Assembly (NCBI GenBank): GCA_008690995.1
Contig: VRMN01000005.1
Span: 310,001-374,000 of the forward strand
DNA: 64,000 nt
Reading direction: 5' to 3'
From: Porphyridium purpureum
Taxonomy: Eukaryota
Within the stretch, counting starts at the first letter, position 1. Every line of letters begins with the position of its first letter. Below, piece after piece: positions 55,406-64,000 of the stretch. The translations under genes were made by a program, and so were the position numbers. Below the pieces are notes generated by a model. It was not told the DNA's origin and ran no database searches. It was given only the letters and a program-made list of their open reading frames with translations.

Positions 55406-55412
55406 TTTTATA
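55406..55412 (-). promoter_or_regulatory. TATA-like box of cofilin
   Basis: TATAAAA on the minus strand ~145 bp before the ATG. Confidence 0.5.
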
Positions 55413-56816
55413 TCATCTAATCGCTTGCTAACGGACTTACAGCCGCGCATTGGTCCTCATGCCTATCAAAACACCCCGCGATTCGCGGTCCCTCTGTGGC
55501 CGCCCTTCTAAATCGTGCCGCTTTGTTAGAAAGCTCCACTTTTTTTTTTTGCAGACAGTCGTGCGCAACAACAGGAACACACGACACAGGCGTGCGGCGC
55601 GTCCCAGCGTGGTGCGTGCCGGTGCTGTTGCGCTGGTGCAGTGTCGGCAAAAATCTGCGCGTGAAACCCTAATTGCCCGTTTGAGTTCGATCGATTCATG
55701 GATTGATGGAGCAAGCGTGGGTGTGGGGGGATGGATAAAGTCATTCGGCATTGAGATGTAGTGCCGCACCGCAACAGATGGCTCTCCATCTCGTGATGTG
55801 CGGCACGGAGTCGGACAATCTCGCACCGCGGCCATCATGCCTCCCGCAATCGTCGCGCATCTCCGTCCGACCATAGACCGTGTTTCATTTCGTGACAGAG
55901 TGGAGATCGTGTGCCCGGTTGTAGATAGATAGCATGCTTGCATGCGACGCCCCACGCCATCCTGATTCGCACGCTCTGCGAGGAGTCTTCTTGCGCTCTG
56001 CAGGTGAAACAGGATGTGACAAGGGACACACGGCGGCGATCTGCAGGCAGTGCATGATACTTGGGGTTTGTGGTGAGGCCGGCGCGTGTTTGGCGTACAT
56101 TGGCCAAAGGAGGGGACTCCCGGACCACATAACTGTCGCACCAGATTGATCGTGAAGCGGGGGCGATCCGATCCTGGGTCAGCGAACGCAGACGTCGCGG
56201 GGGCGCACAAGCCGGTACCTGCGGGATCCAAAGGTGGCACGAGAGGCCTGTGTACTTGTTGCTCGTAGCCAGGGTGGTGGGTGTGAGACAGACTCCATGG
56301 ATGCCGGGTCTGTGCAGGCCGGCAGCGAACCGTCGCGGATCTGCACGACGGTCGACAGTCGACCGTGCGCGCATGCGGACGCAAGGTCAAACCAGTCAGC
56401 GCCACCAGCGCCTTGTGGACAGACAGCTCATGCAGACTTTGTCCAGCACCGGACAAGATCAGAGTGTAGTCGCTGGGAGGAAGGAGCTCGTTGCGCGGCC
56501 GCCGTCCCGCCAACCTGTTGTCCCACGCGGCCAAGCACACGCGCTGAGGCGCCTCGTCACATCACGGCTTGTTGTCAATCATGATGAAGATAGTCCTGCC
56601 ACGAATTCGAGTAACGGCAGTCGCGCAGGACATTTGCCTGCTAAGCGCAGCGCGCCACCCCGCAACCGTCCGCTCTGAGCAGCTCGGCGCGGCATCTTCT
56701 AGTAAAAGCACTGTATTCAATCACTATCTCCGCACACACGTACCGCTCCCAACACTGCGAAATCGGCTGCAACGGAAGTCCTACGCAAACACGCTCGTTT
56801 CAATTACACTTGCACA

Positions 56817-56843
56817 ACACACACACACACACACACACACACA
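56817..56843. repeat. (CA)n microsatellite
   Basis: Direct reading. Confidence 0.9.
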
Positions 56844-57080
56844 TACCCCGGAGCGCGTGCCTAATTTTGGAGCCGCGAACAAACCGGGGCGAGAATCACA
56901 GTCAGCGCGCGTCGTTGCTTTTCCCTTTTGTTTTATTTTAGGTTTTGGTGGTGGTTGTTGCAGACAGTGCCTCAACCTTTTGCAGACAGCACTGTCTGCA
57001 CCTTTTGTGACTGCGGATATGCATGAGGGTACCGTTTTGCTTGCAAGGTTTGGAACGCGTTGCGTGCGATCGACGTCTGG

Positions 57081-57088
57081 TATATAAA
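57081..57088 (+). promoter_or_regulatory. TATA-like box of actin copy 2
   Basis: TATATAAA ~145 bp before the ATG and just outside the duplicated arm. Confidence 0.55.
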
Positions 57089-57128
57089 CGTGGGGCGAGC
57101 TGGGCTGAAGGTTGATGCAAGGCGTACC

Positions 57129-58347
57129 GGAGAAGGAAGAGGTGGACGGCTTGGGAAGAAGGAAGGGGTGGGGGTGAAAGTTGGGAAGGAGGGAAGCAGA
57201 TCGCAGCTCGAGGAGTGTAGGCAACATGTCGAAGCCAGCCGTTGTTTTGGATAATGGATCCGGCCGCTGCAAGTGCGGCATTGCCGGCGAGGACTCGCCC
57301 AAGTCGGTGTTCCCGGCCGTGATCGGCGTGCCCAAGCAGAAGGGTATCATGGTGGGCGCCGGGCAGAAGGACGACTACGTAGGCGATGCCGCCATGGCGC
57401 GCCGCGGTGTGCTGATCATCAAGTACCCGCTGGAGCACGGGATCGTGACGAACTGGGACGACATGGAGAAGATCTGGCACCACGCGTTCTACTCGGAGCT
57501 GCGCGTGGACCCGGTGGAGCACCCGTGCCTGCTGACCGAGGCGCCGCTGAACCCCAAGGCGAACCGCGAGCGCATGACGCAGATCCTGTTCGAGACGTTT
57601 GACATCCCCGCGTTCTACGTGGCGATCCAGGCGGTGCTGTCGCTGTACGCGTCTGGGCGCACGTCCGGTATTGTGATTGACTCGGGCGACGGTGTGACGC
57701 ACACCGTGCCGATCTACGAAGGGTACTCGCTGCCGCACGCCGTGCTGCGCATCAACTTGGCCGGGCGCGACCTGACGGAGTGGATGGCGAAGCTGCTGCA
57801 GCAGCGTGGGTACTCGTTCACGACGTCTGCCGAGCTGGAGATTGTGCGTGACATCAAGCAGCAGCTGTCGTACGTTGCTGATGACTACGAGAAGGAGCTT
57901 GCCGGTGCGGCGGCCAACTCGTCGCTCGAGAAGGAGTACGAACTGCCCGACGGGCAGGTGATCACGGTGGCGCAGGAGCGCTTCCAGTGCCCGGAGGCGC
58001 TGTTCAAGCCGGACATGCTTGGCCTTGAGTACAAGGGCATGCACGAGACTGCGTTCGGGTCGATCATGAAGTGCGACATTGATATCCGTAAGGACCTTTA
58101 CAACAACTGCGTGATGTCCGGTGGGTCGACGATGTTTGCGGGCATCTCTGCGCGCGTGCAGAAGGAGCTGGAGTCGCTTGCGCCGCCGGCGATGAAGATC
58201 AAGGTGATTGCGCCGCCGGAGCGCCAGTTCTCGGTGTGGATCGGTGGATCGATTCTCGCGTCGCTGTCGACATTCCAGCAGATGTGGGTGTCGAAGAACG
58301 AATACGACGAAATGGGCCCGTCCATCGTGCACCGAAAGTGCTTCTAA
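57129..58347 (+). repeat. Right arm of the 1219-bp inverted repeat
   Basis: See left arm. Confidence 0.95.
57226..58347 (+). CDS. ACT: Actin (copy 2, protein identical to copy 1)
   Basis: Same translation as 52148-53269. Confidence 0.98.
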   Translation: MSKPAVVLDNGSGRCKCGIAGEDSPKSVFPAVIGVPKQKGIMVGAGQKDDYVGDAAMARRGVLIIKYPLEHGIVTNWDDMEKIWHHAFYSELRVDPVEHPCLLTEAPLNPKANRERMTQILFETFDIPAFYVAIQAVLSLYASGRTSGIVIDSGDGVTHTVPIYEGYSLPHAVLRINLAGRDLTEWMAKLLQQRGYSFTTSAELEIVRDIKQQLSYVADDYEKELAGAAANSSLEKEYELPDGQVITVAQERFQCPEALFKPDMLGLEYKGMHETAFGSIMKCDIDIRKDLYNNCVMSGGSTMFAGISARVQKELESLAPPAMKIKVIAPPERQFSVWIGGSILASLSTFQQMWVSKNEYDEMGPSIVHRKCF

Positions 58348-58812
58348 GTTCTGACCTGCTTACACTTTTTTTTTTTTTTCGTTGGTGGAAAGTTGAGCGC
58401 TGAAAATGGATGACAAATAAAGCAGCCGTGAAATCAGATTGACGAAATTGGTGAAGCCCTTGACACTGTGAAAACGTGAGAACGTGCACTTCTTGCTCGC
58501 ATAGACTTGCTGATGTGATGTTACGAAGAAGCTGGGGTTTCCGGCATGCCGAAGTATTATCAGATCCATGCCAAGTGTACACTGGGAAGCGTCTCATGCG
58601 TGCTTAGGTTTGTTCATCGAAGGGTACGGCCGCGCATGGAACGGACGGATGGAAAGCGAACGATTTCTTTGACACATTGGGGATCGAAAGGAAGAAGCAG
58701 TCGCTTTGATATTGCAATACGAAAGTGCCTGGTCCGCTGGACCAGATGAGCGGATATGGCGGGTGGGACAGACAAACGCAATGAGGAAAATAATTCCACT
58801 GAACCGGCCACT

Positions 58813-60180
58813 TCAAAGCCCCATCGAGCGGCCGCGCGCAACTGGGGCCATCAGCCACGGATCTCTGAAGTACTCGCCTGCGTACTGCGCACGTTCGGCG
58901 AGGTCTTCTTCGATGCGCAATATTTGGTTGTACTTTGCCACGCGCTCCGAGCGGCACGGCGCACCGGCCTTTATCTGGCCCGCACCAAGTCCAACGGCAA
59001 GATCTGCAATGAATGTGTCCTCCGTCTCTCCAGATCTGTGCGAGACCATGACGCCCCATCCGGCTGAGCGAGCCATACTGAACGCCTTGATCGACTCGGT
59101 GACGCTTCCAATCTGGTTCACCTTGAGCAGCAGCCCATTGCACGCATCCTTTTCCTCAGCCTGCTCGATTCTTTCAGGGTTAGTGACGAGCAGATCGTCT
59201 CCGACGACCTGAAGGACATCGCCTAATTCTTCGGTCATCGCCGACCATGCCTGCCAGTCATCCTGATCAAACGGATCCTCAATGGACACAATTTCGATTT
59301 GCGGCTCATCCCCCTCATCTGGCGCCAGCCACGTTTTGTACAGCTTGAGCAGTTCGGCCGATGTGAGCTTCATGGAGCCGTCGCTCTTGTCGTTCTTGAA
59401 GTCCAAGTCGTACAGACCCGTGGCCTTGTCGTAAAACTCCGAGGCGGCAATATCCATGCCGAGCGAAATCTGTTCTGCATATCCACACTGGCGAATCGCG
59501 GTCTTCAGCAGAGTGAGCGCCTCGTGGTTGTCCTGAATGTTTGGCGCAAATCCACCCTCGTCCCCAACTGACGCCGCGTCCTGTCCGTACTTTTTCTGGA
59601 TGATTTTTTTGAGCGTGTGGTAAACCTCGCTGCACATCATCATGGCTTCCGTAAATGTGGTTGCGCGGGTGGGAATTAGCATAAACTCCTGCATCGCAAG
59701 CTTATTCCCAGCGTGGCTGCCTCCATTCAACACATTCAAGCAGGGCACGGGCAAAATGAGGTTGGGGTTACCTGCGAGGTTGTTGATGTGTTTGTACAGA
59801 GGCAGCCCCTTCTTTGCCGCACCCGCGCGACACACAGCCATGGAGATACCCAAAATGGCATTGGCGCCGTATTTTGACTTGTTGGGAGTCCCGTCCGCGT
59901 CGATCAGCGCCTGATCGACGCCCTCCTGATCTGTGGGATCCATACCGAGGATCTCCTCCTTGAGAAGCTCCACGTTATCGACGGCGCCCTGCACCGCCTT
60001 GCCCATGTACCGATCGCCGCCGTCGCGCAGCTCGTGCGCCTCGTACACGCCTGTGGAAGCGCCGGACGGCACCACCGCGCGAAACACGCCGTCCTCCGTG
60101 ACCACCTCGACCTCCACCGTCGGGTTTCCGCGGCTATCAAACACTTGCCGCGCCTTCACATCGGAGATACGCGATGCCAT
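58813..60180 (-). CDS. ENO: Enolase
   Basis: [35 protein letters not shown] and [10 protein letters not shown]. Confidence 0.97.
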   Translation of the reverse strand: MASRISDVKARQVFDSRGNPTVEVEVVTEDGVFRAVVPSGASTGVYEAHELRDGGDRYMGKAVQGAVDNVELLKEEILGMDPTDQEGVDQALIDADGTPNKSKYGANAILGISMAVCRAGAAKKGLPLYKHINNLAGNPNLILPVPCLNVLNGGSHAGNKLAMQEFMLIPTRATTFTEAMMMCSEVYHTLKKIIQKKYGQDAASVGDEGGFAPNIQDNHEALTLLKTAIRQCGYAEQISLGMDIAASEFYDKATGLYDLDFKNDKSDGSMKLTSAELLKLYKTWLAPDEGDEPQIEIVSIEDPFDQDDWQAWSAMTEELGDVLQVVGDDLLVTNPERIEQAEEKDACNGLLLKVNQIGSVTESIKAFSMARSAGWGVMVSHRSGETEDTFIADLAVGLGAGQIKAGAPCRSERVAKYNQILRIEEDLAERAQYAGEYFRDPWLMAPVARGRSMGL

Positions 60181-61148
60181 TCTCCCCGTTCCCCCCACCA
60201 CCCTTCCACCTCTTGTCTACCGCCCGCGCACGCCACCCCCGCTCTATCCTCTCTTGCCCCCCTCACACACGCCGCTTCTCTCACAGACGCACTAGTCCCT
60301 CTTGCAGCTGCAGAACATCGCAAACACGCGCAACCGAATCTGCTCGCCACTCCATCGTCCTTCGTTTCAGTATGATTCTCCTATCACCCCTTTCGATTTT
60401 GCAACCAACACCAAAAACCGAAAACCAAAAACCAAAAACCAAAAACCAGAAAACACCTATCAAACCGGTCACACTGCCTTCGTTAGTCTTTGAGTACCAA
60501 CTGACACGTATATATTAAAACACCCACATTCCACTATTAAACTCCGCCCCCCAAAACCCAACAACTACGACACAGCTTCTACTCCTACTACAACTACTCC
60601 TCCTAGTAGTCGTAGTACAACTCTCCTCCCCTGTGCAACGCGCGAACTGGAATCGCGTTGAGGTTTCACAGTACCCCCCTTCCCCCAAATCAGTTAAATT
60701 TGTAGGTTCTCTATGAGACTGAACCGCATGCCTGAAGGACAAAACGGAAATCGCGAGGAATGTATATTTTAGAAGGACAATGGAGTACAGTGGACATCAA
60801 CGCACTGTACTGGATGCAATTTTCGGCGATTCGTTTCAAACGTGCGAAAATCTATCAGTTGCAGAGGCGCGGACGGTATTGCGCGGCGTGGCAAGTGAAG
60901 CCGGACTTTCCGCGGGAGGAGGGACGGCTGGATGGACTGTGGGGAGGGGGTTGGACGCGTGAGAATATCGGTCGCTCGGCTGCGTGGCTGGGGTATTCGA
61001 ATCAACACGGCGCGCAGAGCTTGTAACTCGCTCTGACGCCCGCGGGTTTTGGAGGCGGAGCGGTTGGTTTAATGCGGCCGCGGCGTTTACCCGTCACAGG
61101 AAAACGAAGGGCGGGCAGCGGTTGCAAGCTGCGGCGCGCGGTGTCATC

Positions 61149-62951
61149 ATGCCGTACGTGAAGGAGGACTTCACATGGCTGTATCCGTTCAAGTGGATTA
61201 TTCCGTCCGCGTGTTGGGCGACAGTGGTTTTGCTGTTCGGTGCGCTGTGGTGGTTCCCGACGTTTTGGCTGTGGTTCGTGTGGGCCTTGGCCATCCTGTA
61301 CGGCGTGATTTCCGCGCGGCAGGTGGTGCGTGCAATTCGCAGTGTGCTAGGTATTAAAGCGGCCCTTTCTCGGAATGATATCACACAGGAAATGCGCGCG
61401 AACGACGGTCCAGAAGTTTTGGAAACGTTTCTTCGCTCCGAGCCGGATTGCTACCATGTCATTTGTGTTGTGAATTACAAGGAGCCTCTCTTGATTCTCC
61501 GCGCCACGCTGGGGAAGCTTGCAGAGCATTACAGCGCCAAACGGGACCATATTATATGCATGGCCATGGAGATGGCAGAGACAGAGGCTGTTGAAAAGGC
61601 TGAGCAGCTCATCGGTGAATTTAAGTTACAGTTTCGCGGAATGTACTTCACACTGCACGAAAAGCAGGAAGGCGAGCTGCGCGGGAAACTGTCCAACGCT
61701 GACTGGGCTTTCGTGCACGCATCAGAGAATCTAGCCGAGATGAACATTCCAGATGCCAAAGTGCTCATGACTGCCATTGACGCCGACGCCGAGGTCCCCG
61801 AGCTCTACTTTGAGGAGATCTCACGCATGTGGAAGGAAATGGGGCAGGATACGAAGCGCAAGGTTCCACGCGAGAATATAGTGTTTGGCGCTCCGGGGCT
61901 TCTGGAGCGTAATTGCATGGAAGTGCCCTTTTTCACGCGCGCAATGGACTCTTGCTGGATGGCTCTGGCGATGCAGCAAATGGGCACGGCAATTGGCTTT
62001 GGTTTTCCAATTTCCAATTTCACGGTGTCTCTTGATCTGCTGCAGCGCATCAATTTTCTGGACACGCATGAAGATGCCATCGCGGATGACAGTCATGTTA
62101 TTTTGAAGGCATTTTTCAAGACCAACGGCATGGCACGCTTCCAGGCAGTGTGGGCGCCCATTAACATGCTCAATTTGAATGAGGGCAATTACTTCAAGAC
62201 ACTGTGGGCCCGTTTTATCCAGGCAAAACGCCACTTTCGGGGCCAGCACGACTTTTCGTATGGCTTGAAGCAAATGCTCACGACCAGGCCGTGTTGGCTG
62301 ACTCCGTTCGTCCTGATCAAACTGCTTGAGACTCATATGATGACAGTGCTGGGCCCGCTGTATATGATGGGAGCAATTCCATTCATCCAGCTCATGTCGT
62401 GGATCAATCTGCCGGTTATGAATTTCAACAGGGCGGTTTTCATGCCGAACCCGGATGTTGTGATCGCGTTTGGTGCCTCCTTATTGGTCGCGTATATCAC
62501 GCTGATTGTTTCGTACGAGCTGGTTCGCCGAGACTGCAACCGCCGCCTCTACCACCAGGAATCGCCTTCCGTCCTGTGGTCGTGGCAATACATTGCGCTG
62601 ATTCCAGACACATTTGCTTACGTTATTATTCCGCACATGTTAACGTCGACGTTCTCGCTCATTCCGTGCATCGACCAGGGTGGCTTCAAAGTCTCAGCCA
62701 AAGTAATTGTCTCGGGCGAGCCAGCATCTGTGCTTCCAGCGCTGCCGCAGGGCAGGAAGGATGCAGATGCGATCTCCGTGGTCACGGTTGAGGACGACAC
62801 CTCCCCTGCGAATTCGTCTGGCGACATCGTGGACCCCAAGCACGAAGCAGCGAGTGTGGCGGCAGATGCGCAAGGAACCTCAGAACCGGTTCACCGGCTG
62901 CCGGAACCCCTCATGATCCCGGAGCCAACGCCAGTCATGGCGGCAGCCTGA
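61149..62951 (+). CDS. Membrane-bound GT2-like (processive-type) glycosyltransferase
   Basis: N-terminal TMs, NYKEP, GKLSN, DAD, IADD, QAKRH (QxxRW variant) and C-terminal TMs. Confidence 0.75.
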   Translation: MPYVKEDFTWLYPFKWIIPSACWATVVLLFGALWWFPTFWLWFVWALAILYGVISARQVVRAIRSVLGIKAALSRNDITQEMRANDGPEVLETFLRSEPDCYHVICVVNYKEPLLILRATLGKLAEHYSAKRDHIICMAMEMAETEAVEKAEQLIGEFKLQFRGMYFTLHEKQEGELRGKLSNADWAFVHASENLAEMNIPDAKVLMTAIDADAEVPELYFEEISRMWKEMGQDTKRKVPRENIVFGAPGLLERNCMEVPFFTRAMDSCWMALAMQQMGTAIGFGFPISNFTVSLDLLQRINFLDTHEDAIADDSHVILKAFFKTNGMARFQAVWAPINMLNLNEGNYFKTLWARFIQAKRHFRGQHDFSYGLKQMLTTRPCWLTPFVLIKLLETHMMTVLGPLYMMGAIPFIQLMSWINLPVMNFNRAVFMPNPDVVIAFGASLLVAYITLIVSYELVRRDCNRRLYHQESPSVLWSWQYIALIPDTFAYVIIPHMLTSTFSLIPCIDQGGFKVSAKVIVSGEPASVLPALPQGRKDADAISVVTVEDDTSPANSSGDIVDPKHEAASVAADAQGTSEPVHRLPEPLMIPEPTPVMAAA

Positions 62952-63211
62952 GAGGCCCGTGCCATGCCTGCGTTTCAGCTTGGGAGCGATTTTGAGTGTA
63001 CACTTTTTATTTCTTAACTTTATGATTCACGTTAAAAAGTGGCGATTCTTTAACAATCTCTCGCCCACTTTGGGTGTATGTTTTTTTTCGGTGACATCAA
63101 AACCTCATTCCGCGCTTCTAGCTACGGGAGCTGCTGCTAGTGTGGAGTTCGTGTTTTTGCTGGTGAGGTTTCTTGTTGTCGCGTCGGCCCGGGAGGCGCG
63201 TCGTGCATGCA

Positions 63212-64000
63212 ATGAGGGCGTCAGCCCGGGCGGCGCGAAAATTGGCGCAAGCAGAGCCGCTGGCGGCGCGGCTCCGCACGCATGATCCCATGCCCACAAG
63301 GCACCACGTGCCGCCGCAGTCGGCGCAAAGTAAGCCCAGGCCGCATTTAGGACCGCTGCCGGGCTTTCACGGCGGAATTTCGAGCGACGAGGCCATCAAG
63401 ATGCTGCCAGCGTACGCAAGCGCGCCTCAGACACCCATGAACCTGAAGACGCTGTTTGAGTTTGGCTCAAACCCAACGGCCGCGCGCGTCATGCTGGGCG
63501 CGCAGTTTCTGCACCGCGAGTTGCCCGTGAGACTTGCGCATCGCGTTCATGAACTCGAAACCCTGCCTTACGGACTCAATGACATGCGTTCCTTGCGTAT
63601 TGTGCGACGCATGTACGAAAAATCATTCGCAGACGTGCTGGCGACGCCGCGACCGACCGATGCCGAGCATGAGCAGGCCTTTGCCGATTTGCTCACATCC
63701 ATGTTGCATAAGCACGAGGACGTGGTCAAACTCATTGCACGTGCCGTTCTGGAACTCAAGTTGACCTCCGGCACCAGTTCGGACGACATTCATGTTCAAC
63801 GTTTTCTCGACCGCTTCTACATGTCGCGCATAGGTCTACGGATGCTGATGGCGCAGCAGATCGCCATTCGAGAACCTCGACCAGGTTACGTGGGCATCAT
63901 CAATTCGGCGTGCTCTCCTTCGGAAATCACGCTGGACGCAGCGGAGGCAGTTCGCAGTCTCGCTTATCGCCATTTCGGGGACGCGCCAGACATCGTGCTT
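63212..64000 (+). CDS. PDK: Pyruvate dehydrogenase kinase (mitochondrial), 3' partial
   Basis: Not in the ORF track because it runs off the window end. Manual translation gives an Arg/Ala-rich presequence MRASARAARKL, QFLHRELPVRLAHR..LETLPYGL and FLDRFYMSRIGLRML. Confidence 0.88.
   Translation, partial: MRASARAARKLAQAEPLAARLRTHDPMPTRHHVPPQSAQSKPRPHLGPLPGFHGGISSDEAIKMLPAYASAPQTPMNLKTLFEFGSNPTAARVMLGAQFLHRELPVRLAHRVHELETLPYGLNDMRSLRIVRRMYEKSFADVLATPRPTDAEHEQAFADLLTSMLHKHEDVVKLIARAVLELKLTSGTSSDDIHVQRFLDRFYMSRIGLRMLMAQQIAIREPRPGYVGIINSACSPSEITLDAAEAVRSLAYRHFGDAPDIVL

Noticed and set aside
52148..58347. Inverted repeat as a composite transposon
   Set aside because: The arms are actin genes; no transposase, terminal inverted repeats or target-site duplication were seen.
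1..64000. tRNA/rRNA genes (GGTTCG-like hits near 13968, 29059 and 36184)
   Set aside because: No cloverleaf stems or A-box context found by eye; tRNAscan-SE or Infernal would be definitive.

Overview
Gene-dense, GC-rich eukaryotic DNA with about 32 protein-coding genes. Every recognisable gene reads as a single exon, including a 5 kb Raptor and a 6 kb Sec7 GEF. Nuclear psb27, a plastid-type pheS, a plastid phosphoglycolate phosphatase and transit peptides beginning MAF/MxxF point to a unicellular red alga (Porphyridium-like; inference, not a database match). No rRNA, tRNA, CRISPR or intact mobile element was seen. Most notable: (1) a 7-mer ACTGTAC/GTACAGT with 22 hand-counted intergenic copies, present in 8 of 9 divergent gaps and none of 9 convergent gaps, i.e. 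a candidate promoter element; (2) an actin<-cofilin<-...->actin cassette in which two actins with identical protein form a 1.2 kb inverted repeat; (3) a stand-alone, apparently catalytically dead ClpB-NBD1-like protein; (4) a membrane-anchored CBM48 protein; (5) a 1-nt frameshift in psb27. All calls come from reading the sequence by eye, and several start codons are best guesses.
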